Source: a virus (Duplodnaviria > Caudoviricetes). Taken from it: a DNA stretch of 32,135 bases. Under the pieces are notes generated by a model, which was not told where the DNA came from, ran no database searches, and was given only the letters and a program-made list of their open reading frames with translations. A program made the translations under genes and the position numbers. The stretch covers positions 1 through 32,135 of the IMG/VR virus record IMGVR_UViG_3300011266_000048; one strand, given 5' to 3'. Within the stretch, counting starts at the first letter, position 1, and each line of letters begins with the position of its first letter. Shown in pieces: positions 1 through 7,323 of this stretch.

Positions 1-89
1 ATAAGTGGTTTGAAGCCATGACTCCAACTGAGAAAGTGATGATTTCTTCATTGCCTCTAATTTTAAAGAATAATTTCATATTTATACTT

Positions 90-668
90 ATGGAGTATTC
101 ATTTATACCGTTTAAAGAACTTGCCAAAGGTGATGGGTTTGGGTATCCTGTAGATGTTTATTATGGAACTGTTTACCTTGGTACTTTGGTTGCTGAACCA
201 TCTGGATTTACCATAAAAATGGTAGCAACTGTAACTGGCAGACAAATGATAAAACAATCTGTAAATAATAATTTCAAATCCCAAAACTTAGCAGCAGAAG
301 TTTTACATAGAGTTTGGAAAAACATGAGACATGGCGAAAATGGAGAAACAATTAATGAATTTGATTTTCCTAAACAAAAACCGCAACCATCATTAAAACC
401 AATCAGTGGACCTAACTTGTTAATCCCTGATTATGAAGATGATAACGAAAAATATCCGGGAGATATTCAACCGGGATATTATGATCCAAAACAATTAATA
501 ATTTTACTTTTATATCATTTAGATAATCCAGATGCGTTACAATTCATTGCTGATATGATGGAAACAGGAATTCCAGAAAAAGATGAATTTGTTACATGGT
601 TAAGAAGAAATAAGTCCAATCAAAAAACTTTAAGTAAAGCAGCACTGGATTGGAAAAAATATATTTAA
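90..668 (+). CDS. hypothetical protein
   Basis: ORF track 18..668; start moved to ATG 90 because the recurrent ATATTTAT-N4-ATG motif sits at 78-85. Confidence 0.7.
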   Translation: MEYSFIPFKELAKGDGFGYPVDVYYGTVYLGTLVAEPSGFTIKMVATVTGRQMIKQSVNNNFKSQNLAAEVLHRVWKNMRHGENGETINEFDFPKQKPQPSLKPISGPNLLIPDYEDDNEKYPGDIQPGYYDPKQLIILLLYHLDNPDALQFIADMMETGIPEKDEFVTWLRRNKSNQKTLSKAALDWKKYI

Positions 669-673
669 ATTTT

Positions 674-763
674 GGTACTGTGGCTGAATGGAGAAGGCAC
701 TTGACTGTAGATCAGGCACCCATGCGGTAAACATTACAGGTTCAAATCCTGTCGGTACCACCA
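674..763 (+). tRNA. tRNA-Tyr(GTA)
   Basis: GGTACTG/CGGTACC acceptor, CTTGA-CTGTAGA-TCAGG anticodon arm, long variable arm, TTCAAAT T-loop, ACCA end. Confidence 0.95.
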
Positions 764-771
764 AAATTTAT

Positions 772-823
772 GCCACTAAACCTTGCAAGTTTTTTCTCTT
801 CATGGGAGAAAAAGGTGGCACCA
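772..823 (+). ncRNA. armless tRNA-like hairpin ending ACCA
   Basis: GCCACT/GGTGGC + ACCA; inner stem TTTTTCTC/GAGAAAAA with loop TTCATGG; no D or T arm. Confidence 0.45.
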
Positions 824-946
824 ATTTCAACAGGGCAGACCCGGCTACCAATAGCTAACAAATGATGGCGATATTGGAAATCTCGTCACGGATGCTGCAT
901 GAGAATACCACGAGTTGGGAGTCATGACCCAATTCGTGACTTTTAT

Positions 947-1022
947 TGGGGTGTATCATAATTGGTAATGAAGTTGATTGTTAATCAGCGATATACAGGT
1001 TCGACTCCTGTTGCCCCAGCCA
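947..1022 (+). tRNA. tRNA-Asn(GTT)
   Basis: GTTGA-TTGTTAA-TCAGC anticodon arm, TTCGACT T-loop, GCCA end. Confidence 0.93.
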
Positions 1023-1066
1023 ATTTATAATAAGTAGGTTAAGAGTATTACTTGATATGTATAACC

Positions 1067-1561
1067 ATGATATGTCAGAAATGTAATACGTCATTTCCAA
1101 TAAAGATATGGATTGATGGGAAACAAAAAAATTTGCAAAAGAGAAAATTTTGTTTGGAGTGTTCTCCTTTTGGAACACATAACACCCGTAATTTATGCAA
1201 TCCTAAGTCTTTAGATACAAAAACATGTCCAATTTGTTCCAAATTATATTCCCACAAAGGAACAAAATGTAATTCTTGTCGAGTATCCGAATGGAGAAGA
1301 AATAAGAAAAAACAACTTGTAGAATACAAGGGAGGAAAATGCCAAATTTGCGGCTATGACAGATGTATAGACAATTTAGTTTTTCATCATTTAGATCCTT
1401 CAAAAAAAGAATTTCAAATAAGTGGAGTTACAAAATCATTCAATAATTTGAAAACAGAAGTTGATAAATGTATTTTGCTTTGTCACATATGTCATGGAGA
1501 AGTTCATGCAGGCTTGATTTCAATTCCAGAGTGGGATAACAGTAGTCCATCTCCCTGTTAA
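1067..1561 (+). CDS. HNH endonuclease with N-terminal Zn-ribbons
   Basis: CxxC pairs; GGKCQICGY...LVFHH...KCILLCHICHGEVH; start placed by ATATGTAT-N4-ATG. Confidence 0.85.
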   Translation: MICQKCNTSFPIKIWIDGKQKNLQKRKFCLECSPFGTHNTRNLCNPKSLDTKTCPICSKLYSHKGTKCNSCRVSEWRRNKKKQLVEYKGGKCQICGYDRCIDNLVFHHLDPSKKEFQISGVTKSFNNLKTEVDKCILLCHICHGEVHAGLISIPEWDNSSPSPC

Positions 1562-1599
1562 GGAGAACGGTGCTGGGGCGGAACCAGCCTCTGGAGCCA
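1525..1599 (+). tRNA. tRNA-Asn(GTT), non-canonical T-loop
   Basis: TCCAGAG/CTCTGGA, TCTCC-CTGTTAA-GGAGA, T-loop GGCGGAA, GCCA. Confidence 0.9.
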
Positions 1600-1735
1600 A
1601 TTTAAATAATATAAATCGTTGATTTTCAAACGTTTATAACAAGAAGAAAAAATAAGAAAAAATAGAAGTTTTTTAAACAAAAGTCGATAAGTATTGGCAT
1701 GAAGTCACGGTAATGATGCCGTGCAAATATTAAAA

Positions 1736-1954
1736 ATGAAAACCGAAGTTATTAGTGAATATACTAAAAAAATATTGAGAGGACCATCCGGAATTACCAT
1801 AATTAATGATGTTGATAAAGCGATGTTTATATATGAAAAAAACGAAGAATTGCCACCAATTGACAAAGAATATGGAACTCTGTTTGTAAACGGAAGATTG
1901 TGGGATGAACTTGAACGAGATGGGAACATAATTATAGCTAAAACCCGTAGATAA
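1736..1954 (+). CDS. hypothetical protein
   Basis: ORF track, first ATG. Confidence 0.55.
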   Translation: MKTEVISEYTKKILRGPSGITIINDVDKAMFIYEKNEELPPIDKEYGTLFVNGRLWDELERDGNIIIAKTRR

Positions 1955-2112
1955 TTTTCACATGGTTAATTTTAAGTATTTCAACACCGAGAAAAAACGA
2001 TGATCATCGGGTTCATTTGGTTATGTCATCACTTGCTTGCAAGTATAGAGTATGTAACCAAATGACGCATGTTGACAGTGGACGACGTTAGCACTGAGCT
2101 AAAAACGTCAAT

Positions 2113-2188
2113 GCTCCTATGGTGAAATTGTATATCATCATACGCTTCGAACGTATGGTTGCGGGTTAGAGTCCTGCTGGGAGCACCA
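2113..2188 (+). tRNA. tRNA-Arg(TCG)
   Basis: ATACG-CTTCGAA-CGTAT anticodon arm, GCTCCTA/TGGGAGC, ACCA. Confidence 0.93.
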
Positions 2189-2197
2189 AATTTTTTA

Positions 2198-2225
2198 TTG
2201 ACAAGGTTTCATGTATCGGTATGGT
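2198..2225 (+). promoter_or_regulatory. sigma70-like promoter
   Basis: TTGACA-N16-TATGGT, 8 nt before ATG 2234. Confidence 0.5.
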
Positions 2226-2233
2226 TGATACAT

Positions 2234-2854
2234 ATGGAACTTAAAATAACAGCAAATCACCCGAAAAATCAGGTAAAGGACATTGTGAACCTTGCCTACG
2301 ACTTTGTATTCGCTGGTACAATGATAAGTCCACCTGATTGGTTTAAAGTATGGGTTAAAAACTCAGAATATCCTCATGCAGGACGATTTTATGGCAATAA
2401 GATTTCAATGCGAATTGGGCAACCAAACAAATTTCCGTGCAAGTATTCTTATCCTCGGCTTAAAACAGCTCCTGAATATACATTGAATGATTGGCAAGAA
2501 GGACTATTTGTTTTGGCAGTACACGAATTCTGGCATTATTATCAGATGAAAACTTGTTCTCCGTATTCAGAAATTGAGACAGAGCGAAGAGCGGTTATGG
2601 CATTGGAAAAGTTTAGAACCATCCGACATGAATTAGAAGCAAAATGGAAAACAGTTGAAGATAAGCTTCAAATTAAAATTCAAATTCGGAAACAAAAAGA
2701 AGCTGCCCGACAAACTCCAGAATTTGAACTGCAACAACTTGGTCTTAAGATTGCAAAAGTTCAACGAAGACTGAAGTTGTATCAAACAAAGATGAAGAAG
2801 TTAATGCGGCGACAGAAACATCTGCAAAAGAAAATTTCAACCCAACTAAGCTAA
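2234..2854 (+). CDS. HExxH putative zinc metalloprotease-like protein with C-terminal coiled coil
   Basis: LAVHEFWH motif with downstream E; K/Q/L-rich helical tail; the ORF-track start lies inside a tRNA. Confidence 0.6.
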   Translation: MELKITANHPKNQVKDIVNLAYDFVFAGTMISPPDWFKVWVKNSEYPHAGRFYGNKISMRIGQPNKFPCKYSYPRLKTAPEYTLNDWQEGLFVLAVHEFWHYYQMKTCSPYSEIETERRAVMALEKFRTIRHELEAKWKTVEDKLQIKIQIRKQKEAARQTPEFELQQLGLKIAKVQRRLKLYQTKMKKLMRRQKHLQKKISTQLS

Positions 2855-2916
2855 TCTAGTGAAAGCGCACCGCTGAAGCCGGTGATAGCTCGGGGCGGAA
2901 CCGAGAGTTGGGACCA
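2841..2916 (+). tRNA. tRNA-Phe(GAA), non-canonical T-loop
   Basis: CCCAACT/AGTTGGG, CACCG-CTGAAGC-CGGTG, T-loop GGCGGAA, ACCA. Confidence 0.9.
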
Positions 2917-2971
2917 TTTTATGCAGTATACCGCATATTTCGTGTTTATGCGGTATACTACATATTTTCCT

Positions 2972-3202
2972 ATGACGTACGTGTGTGATACCAAAAGACA
3001 TCTTGTGTGCATCCCATATTCTCTTGACAATTTGCACAAGATGGCGTATTCTCTGGGTATAAATCGTTGTTGGTTTCATAAAGATCATTACGATATTCCG
3101 AAACGAAGAATTGATGAGATTATGTCTCACTGTGAAGTTGTTTGCAGTAAAGATATAGTAAAAATCATCAAAGGATCGTTATGGAAACTAAAAAATGGAT
3201 AG
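2972..3202 (+). CDS. DUF4031-like protein
   Basis: HLV...LDNLHKMAYSLGINRCWF..DHYDI pattern recognised from memory of the family. Confidence 0.6.
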   Translation: MTYVCDTKRHLVCIPYSLDNLHKMAYSLGINRCWFHKDHYDIPKRRIDEIMSHCEVVCSKDIVKIIKGSLWKLKNG

Positions 3203-3357
3203 TGAGATATGTCGCTTATAGTGGTGATATAAAATGGACAACTGTAGAAGCGGATGCAAACGCTGAGGAATGGGAAGTGATTTCCAAAGCATATGATGAA
3301 GAAGGTCTCTACAGTTCTGATAACATCATGAAAGTAATTGATGTTAGTTTGGATTAA
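3181..3357 (+). CDS. small hypothetical protein (58 aa)
   Basis: manual translation METKKWIVRY...DVSLD; fills the gap before the tRNA. Confidence 0.55.
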   Translation: METKKWIVRYVAYSGDIKWTTVEADANAEEWEVISKAYDEEGLYSSDNIMKVIDVSLD

Positions 3358-3362
3358 ACAAT

Positions 3363-3437
3363 CCGGAAATAGCTGAAATAGATTAGCGCCTCGCTGAAGA
3401 CGAGGAGATATTGGAGCGTTACCAATTTTCCGGACCA
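3363..3437 (+). tRNA. tRNA-Phe(GAA), non-canonical T-loop
   Basis: CCGGAAA/TTTCCGG, CCTCG-CTGAAGA-CGAGG, T-loop AGCGTTA, ACCA. Confidence 0.9.
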
Positions 3438-3440
3438 CTT

Positions 3441-3586
3441 TTGAGATAGACGTGTGTATGGTGGTGTAAACGGAGACGCACATTGCCTTTCGGCAAAGGT
3501 GTAGGTTCAATTCCTAACAATTACATAAGCACGGAACAAACAGTATTCATGTCAAGTTAACAACATGTTTCTGGTGAAATCCTCAA
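3441..3586 (+). ncRNA. scaffold family B RNA carrying an anticodon-less tRNA-like module
   Basis: TTGAGATAGAC...GGTGAAATCCTCAA ends; inside are a D-like arm, TTGCC-TTTC-GGCAA and TAGG-TTCAATT-CCTA. Confidence 0.65.
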
Positions 3587-3593
3587 TCATTTT

Positions 3594-3785
3594 ATGGATA
3601 ATCTTGGTAAGATAGTAGATGAACATGGATTAACACTTGAAGAAGAACTCTACTATGCTAACCATGCGCTCATTGACATATGTGATTGTTGTGGAAATTA
3701 CTTTTCTATTCAAAATCACCATGATGGAAGCAATTATTTGACATGGCATGGCAGCAAGCTTTATTGTCAAAAATGTATAATTTAA
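3594..3785 (+). CDS. small Cys-rich hypothetical protein
   Basis: ORF track; CDCC and CQKC motifs. Confidence 0.6.
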   Translation: MDNLGKIVDEHGLTLEEELYYANHALIDICDCCGNYFSIQNHHDGSNYLTWHGSKLYCQKCII

Positions 3786-3910
3786 GGTGCGTACAGCAAG
3801 AAAACAGCTATGAAGAACTCTGGGTCGGTGTGTGCAAATCCACCCCTCTCCACCAATTTGACGGAGAGGTAGCTCAGTAGCAGAGCAAGAGTATGCAAAA
3901 ACCGCACCTT
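3784..3910 (+). ncRNA. circularly permuted tRNA-Phe(GAA)-like module in scaffold family A
   Basis: 3' half (GAAGA-ACTCT, T-arm, CCTCTCC-A-CCA) precedes 5' half (GGAGAGG, D-arm, AGAGT); closed by AAGGTGCG/CGCACCTT. Confidence 0.85.
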
Positions 3911-4010
3911 GTTTTTGGATAATATATTCGTGGGTTAAGGGTTGAGTTTTTATCGATAAACGATAAGTTCCCAGTGAGGACGCTAATCAAACACCCACAC
4001 GATTTAATCA

Positions 4011-4086
4011 GTCCCTGTAGTGTAGTTGGCAGCACGGAAGACTTTCAATCTTCAGGACGTGGGTTCGAACCCCCGTGGGGACACCA
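4011..4086 (+). tRNA. tRNA-Glu(TTC)
   Basis: GAAGA-CTTTCAA-TCTTC, TTCGAAC T-loop, ACCA. Confidence 0.93.
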
Positions 4087-4091
4087 AATTT

Positions 4092-4304
4092 ATGGAATTG
4101 TACTTATCAGCTAAACGTGTAAATAGCATGTTGTCTAAATTGGCATTTGTAGCTGCAACTCAGTTGGATGGATTAAGTGGAAAAAATGTCGCAGCATATG
4201 TTCTTCAAATTATAAATGAAGATCGAGCAACTGCAAATTTAGGAAATGCAATTTATAAATATGAACAATTACAAAACGAAGTTTGTATTGATTTTCAGAT
4301 TTAA
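4092..4304 (+). CDS. hypothetical protein
   Basis: ORF track, first ATG after the tRNA. Confidence 0.55.
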   Translation: MELYLSAKRVNSMLSKLAFVAATQLDGLSGKNVAAYVLQIINEDRATANLGNAIYKYEQLQNEVCIDFQI

Positions 4305-4305
4305 T

Positions 4306-4374
4306 GCCGAAATAGTTTAATTGGAAAACGAGTGGTGACACTCAATGTTGGTTCATATCCAGCTTTCGGCTCCA
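4306..4374 (+). ncRNA. tRNA-like RNA with GNRA-capped anticodon stem
   Basis: GCCGAAA/TTTCGGC-T-CCA, D-arm, GAGTG-GTGA-CACTC, GTTGG-TTCATAT-CCAGC. Confidence 0.8.
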
Positions 4375-4380
4375 ACAATT

Positions 4381-4516
4381 TAGATACGGACAGCAAGAAA
4401 ACCTCTTATGTCAAACCGCAGATGAAGGTGCAACTCCTTCCCTCGCCGCCAATGTATGGCGAGGTAGTTTAATAGCCAGAACGTCGGTCCCGAAAGGGAA
4501 GAAAAAACCGTATCTA
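4381..4516 (+). ncRNA. circularly permuted tRNA-Asp(GTC)-like module in scaffold family A
   Basis: GTCAA-ACCGC, T-arm, CCTCGCC-G-CCA, linker, GGCGAGG, D-arm, TCGGT; closed by TAGATACGG/CCGTATCTA. Confidence 0.85.
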
Positions 4517-4521
4517 GTTTT

Positions 4522-4597
4522 GCATTCGTAACTCAATTGGTAGAGTATCTGGCTTTTAACCAGAGAGTTATGGGTTCGAGTCCCCTCGGATGCACCA
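4522..4597 (+). tRNA. tRNA-Lys(TTT)
   Basis: TCTGG-CTTTTAA-CCAGA, TTCGAGT, ACCA. Confidence 0.95.
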
Positions 4598-4603
4598 ATT
4601 TAT

Positions 4604-4704
4604 GAGAGAAATGGTGTAATGGTTTGCACATCAAGTCCGAGCCACGATTAACTCGTGAAGTAGGCAACCAAATGGAAGGTTAAGGTTCAATTCCTTGTTC
4701 TCTC
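4604..4704 (+). ncRNA. tRNA-like RNA with replaced anticodon arm (no CCA)
   Basis: GAGAGAA/TTCTCTC, GTGT/GCAC D-arm, TAAGG-TTCAATT-CCTTG, about 50-nt insert. Confidence 0.6.
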
Positions 4705-4707
4705 TAT

Positions 4708-4841
4708 GGGGTCTGTGACGGAATGGCAGACGTGGAGGTCAGTAGGTGGCACTCTATGCTATACCGAAAACCACCGGACAACGAACGTAATAGAGACGTT
4801 GAGATTGTTCTTGTAGGTTCAAGTCCTATCAAGCCCCACCA
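4708..4841 (+). ncRNA. expanded tRNA-like RNA
   Basis: GGGG.../...CCCC-A-CCA, class II-type D-arm, GTAGG-TTCAAGT-CCTAT, two large internal stems. Confidence 0.65.
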
Positions 4842-4849
4842 ATTTAGAT

Positions 4850-4975
4850 GCCACTTATGGTGTAGGGTTCAATTCCCTCATGCTCCATCATTACGGGGCA
4901 CTCTGGTTGAGATGAAAACCTACGGATGACACAGTTTGACTTCTGTATCGGGTTCGACTCCCGAAAGTGGCTCCA
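4850..4975 (+). ncRNA. double tRNA-like RNA (permuted module nested in an outer acceptor/T-arm)
   Basis: outer GCCACTT/AAGTGGC-T-CCA and TCGGG-TTCGACT-CCCGA; inner AGGG-TTCAATT-CCCT, TGCTCC/GGGGCA, GGTT/AACC. Confidence 0.65.
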
Positions 4976-4978
4976 ATT

Positions 4979-5083
4979 TAGATGCCCGTTTCTACAGCAA
5001 TTCCTAAAAGGATAAAGAGAAGCACTCGTAATGCATCCCCAGATGGTTCAAATCCATCACCCTCGAAAGAGGTTGGGCATCTA
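4979..5083 (+). ncRNA. scaffold family A RNA carrying anticodon-arm and T-arm fragments
   Basis: TAGATGCCC/GGGCATCTA stem, TACAGCAA, GCA-CTCGTAA-TGC, GATGG-TTCAAAT-CCATC. Confidence 0.7.
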
Positions 5084-5089
5084 GCTTTT

Positions 5090-5173
5090 GCTACTGTGGC
5101 GTAATGGAAGCCGCAACAGTTTGAGAGACTGTCGCCGTAAGGCGTGCTGGTTCGAGTCCAGTCAGTAGCACCA
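5090..5173 (+). tRNA. tRNA-Leu(GAG)
   Basis: ACAGT-TTGAGAG-ACTGT, variable arm CGCC-GTAA-GGCG, ACCA. Confidence 0.95.
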
Positions 5174-5177
5174 ATTT

Positions 5178-5337
5178 CGGGCGTTAGCCTAGTCTAAGGC
5201 GGCATGGTTTCAAAAAACGCTAGTTATGAAACTCCTACCCCGTAAGGGATGGTAATGAGTGTGCGACGAGACGTTCTGAAAACTATAGTAAAGTAAGAAC
5301 GATGTCAACAATAGGGAGAACCTATTACGCCCGACCA
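5178..5337 (+). ncRNA. expanded tRNA-like RNA with Pro-type acceptor
   Basis: CGGGCGT/ACGCCCG-A-CCA, GCCT/AGGC D-arm, about 105-nt structured centre. Confidence 0.7.
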
Positions 5338-5341
5338 TTTT

Positions 5342-5509
5342 ATGAAACATGCAACGGTCAAAATTGACAATATGGAAATTCCATTGATTGGAATTCCAAA
5401 AGAAAGTGTCAATGAAATCTGTGACCATTGTCATAAATCATTTCACATTCAGGATATAGTCTTGACAGATACCCACTTCTTATGTAAGAATTGTCAAGAT
5501 GAAAAGTGA
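5342..5509 (+). CDS. small Zn-finger-like protein (55 aa)
   Basis: manual translation; CDHC and CKNC. Confidence 0.55.
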   Translation: MKHATVKIDNMEIPLIGIPKESVNEICDHCHKSFHIQDIVLTDTHFLCKNCQDEK

Positions 5510-5810
5510 CATCGGAGAATGTGTTTACGTTTTGGTGCATAAAGCATGGGGAAAAACGTTAGTAGGTAATAAACTTCAGTCTCGTGTATGGTGGAAAAAT
5601 AGATTGACAGAATTGATCAATTCTCCAACTGTTGTAATTTCTGCGGAACAAAATCTCAATCCGGGAATTTATGATAAGAATGGAAATTTAATGTCAAATC
5701 CTATTCCATTTGAACAAGAAATTGGATGGTCTGATAATACCAACGAATATTGGCTTACATGGATGCAAAAAACATTTAAAAAACGTTATGAGCACCAAGC
5801 AACTTCATAA
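5499..5810 (+). CDS. hypothetical protein
   Basis: ORF track, overlaps neighbours in operon-like packing. Confidence 0.6.
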   Translation: MKSDIGECVYVLVHKAWGKTLVGNKLQSRVWWKNRLTELINSPTVVISAEQNLNPGIYDKNGNLMSNPIPFEQEIGWSDNTNEYWLTWMQKTFKKRYEHQATS

Positions 5811-6132
5811 ACAATGGCGAAAAGAATTTAACGCTGCGGTATTCAAACGTGACAAAAACAAATGTCGTGTTTGTGGTCAGCCTGCGGCGGATGCCCATCA
5901 CATTACAGATCGTCATGAATTACCAAATGGTGGCTATGTTTTGAGTAATGGTATATCACTTTGTAATGCTTGTCATATTTTAGCTGGTCCAACAATTGTT
6001 CCAGTAGGACGAGCAAGTATTTCAACTGGAAAAATCATTCCTCCAAAGTACACTGCGGAATTCTTTTATAAAATGATTGGGTCATCGTATGAAAAAGCAT
6101 ATGAGGATAGTAAGAATTTGATGCCGGATTAG
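5788..6132 (+). CDS. HNH endonuclease
   Basis: VFKRDKNKCRVCG...DAHHI...NGISLCNACH. Confidence 0.85.
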   Translation: MSTKQLHKQWRKEFNAAVFKRDKNKCRVCGQPAADAHHITDRHELPNGGYVLSNGISLCNACHILAGPTIVPVGRASISTGKIIPPKYTAEFFYKMIGSSYEKAYEDSKNLMPD

Positions 6133-6274
6133 TTTAACCATTGAAATATGGGAAGGAAAAACACAGCCTTTAAGAAGCCAAGAGTCTCCCTGAACGGAGA
6201 AATTAGCGGAGTGTTTGCTCTGCGATGAATAAGGTCGGTTGAGTTGAGGGTGCCAAATCCCTCATCTGGCTCCA
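6123..6274 (+). ncRNA. expanded tRNA-like RNA
   Basis: GCCGGAT/ATCTGGC-T-CCA, hairpin inserted in D-loop, branched anticodon domain, GAGGG/CCCTC T-arm. Confidence 0.7.
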
Positions 6275-6282
6275 ATTAAATT

Positions 6283-6840
6283 ATGAATGTTCATGATAAT
6301 CTAAAATCATCATCTGTAGCAGAAATCAAAGATTTCTATAACAAGAATTCTATTGATGCTGCAATAGGAATGACACACATTCAAGGTGATTTTAACCTTG
6401 GAAATGTCATTCGCTCTGCCAATTTTTTTGGTTTTAAGGAAGTTTTTTACATTGGTGGAAAGAAAGGATATGATCGGCGATCTTGTGTTGGGACACATAA
6501 TTACATTCCCGTTAATTTCATCAAAACCGAAGAAGATTTCCTTAAAGAAATTGAAAATAGATATACTTTAATCTGCGTTGAGAACAATATTCCAAGATAT
6601 GAATGGAAGATGATTTCGATTTTCGTAGCAAATCCATTCATCAATGGCGCAATAAAGTTTATACATCCACCGTTGTTTCTATTTGGAGAAGAACAACTTG
6701 GAATTTCGGAACGTTTGTTGGAAGCGTCTACATATATTCTTACAATTCCGGCATTCGGTTCAGTACGTTCTATGAATGTAGGTTCATGTGCCGCAGTTGT
6801 TATGGCAATGTATCGGCAATCAATTCAGGATATAGCGTAA
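6283..6840 (+). CDS. SpoU/TrmH-family RNA 2'-O-methyltransferase
   Basis: NLGNVIRSA, FGEEQLGIS, IPAFGSVRSMNVGS motifs. Confidence 0.9.
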   Translation: MNVHDNLKSSSVAEIKDFYNKNSIDAAIGMTHIQGDFNLGNVIRSANFFGFKEVFYIGGKKGYDRRSCVGTHNYIPVNFIKTEEDFLKEIENRYTLICVENNIPRYEWKMISIFVANPFINGAIKFIHPPLFLFGEEQLGISERLLEASTYILTIPAFGSVRSMNVGSCAAVVMAMYRQSIQDIA

Positions 6841-6901
6841 CTTGGTAGCGCACAAGCATGGGGTGCTTGTAGTCCGGGTTCAAATCCCGGTATCCTGACC
6901 A
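6826..6901 (+). tRNA. tRNA-Pro(GGG)
   Basis: CAGGATA/TATCCTG, CAAGC-ATGGGGT-GCTTG, ACCA. Confidence 0.93.
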
Positions 6902-6920
6902 CTTTACAAAAGGAACTATT

Positions 6921-7139
6921 ATGTTGTGTAATAAATGCGGTGAAGAATGTATGGGGTTTCCTACGGGAGATCCTAATGAAGATATTTGTATGGATTGTGC
7001 TTATCCGGGTCTTAAAGAAGCCAGTAATGCTGCCGCAATTGCTGTAGAGGAAGAGCACTTTAATCGGACAGGTGAACAGAAGTCATGTGGAGAAATCTTC
7101 CGTGGCATTCTTGATAGAGCTTGCAATGGTTATAAATAA
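6921..7139 (+). CDS. small Cys-rich hypothetical protein
   Basis: ORF track; AAGGA upstream; two CxxC. Confidence 0.6.
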   Translation: MLCNKCGEECMGFPTGDPNEDICMDCAYPGLKEASNAAAIAVEEEHFNRTGEQKSCGEIFRGILDRACNGYK

Positions 7140-7144
7140 GATTT

Positions 7145-7222
7145 GGGGTGCTGGTGTAATTGGCTAACATACTTCCCTGTCACGGAAGAGACTTGCGGGT
7201 TCGAGTCCCGTGCATCCCGCCA
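7145..7222 (+). tRNA. tRNA-Asp(GTC)
   Basis: CTTCC-CTGTCAC-GGAAG, TTCGAGT, GCCA. Confidence 0.95.
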
Positions 7223-7233
7223 TTTTTGGCCAA

Positions 7234-7322
7234 TCAGAGATAGATATTCTTGTCTCCTCCAATTGAGGAGGTAAGACGAGAATGAACTAGTACCGACGGG
7301 TACGTTTCGTGAAATCCTCTGA
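7234..7322 (+). ncRNA. scaffold family B RNA with hairpin cargo
   Basis: TCAGAGATAGA...TTCGTGAAATCCTCTGA; inner ATTCTTGTCT/AGACGAGAAT and GTACC/GGTAC stems. Confidence 0.7.
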
Positions 7323-7323
7323 A

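Noticed and set aside
4750-4760. CTCTA as an amber suppressor anticodon / stop-codon recoding
   Set aside because: Not in a 7-nt loop on a proper stem; recognisable genes are full-length in the standard code and TAG serves as a stop.
4723-4929. + strand ORFs 4723-4929 and 26815-27015, and upstream extensions of 2159, 2882, 4026, 10315, 16457 and 17281
   Set aside because: They run through tRNA or tRNA-like structures; better ATG starts lie downstream.
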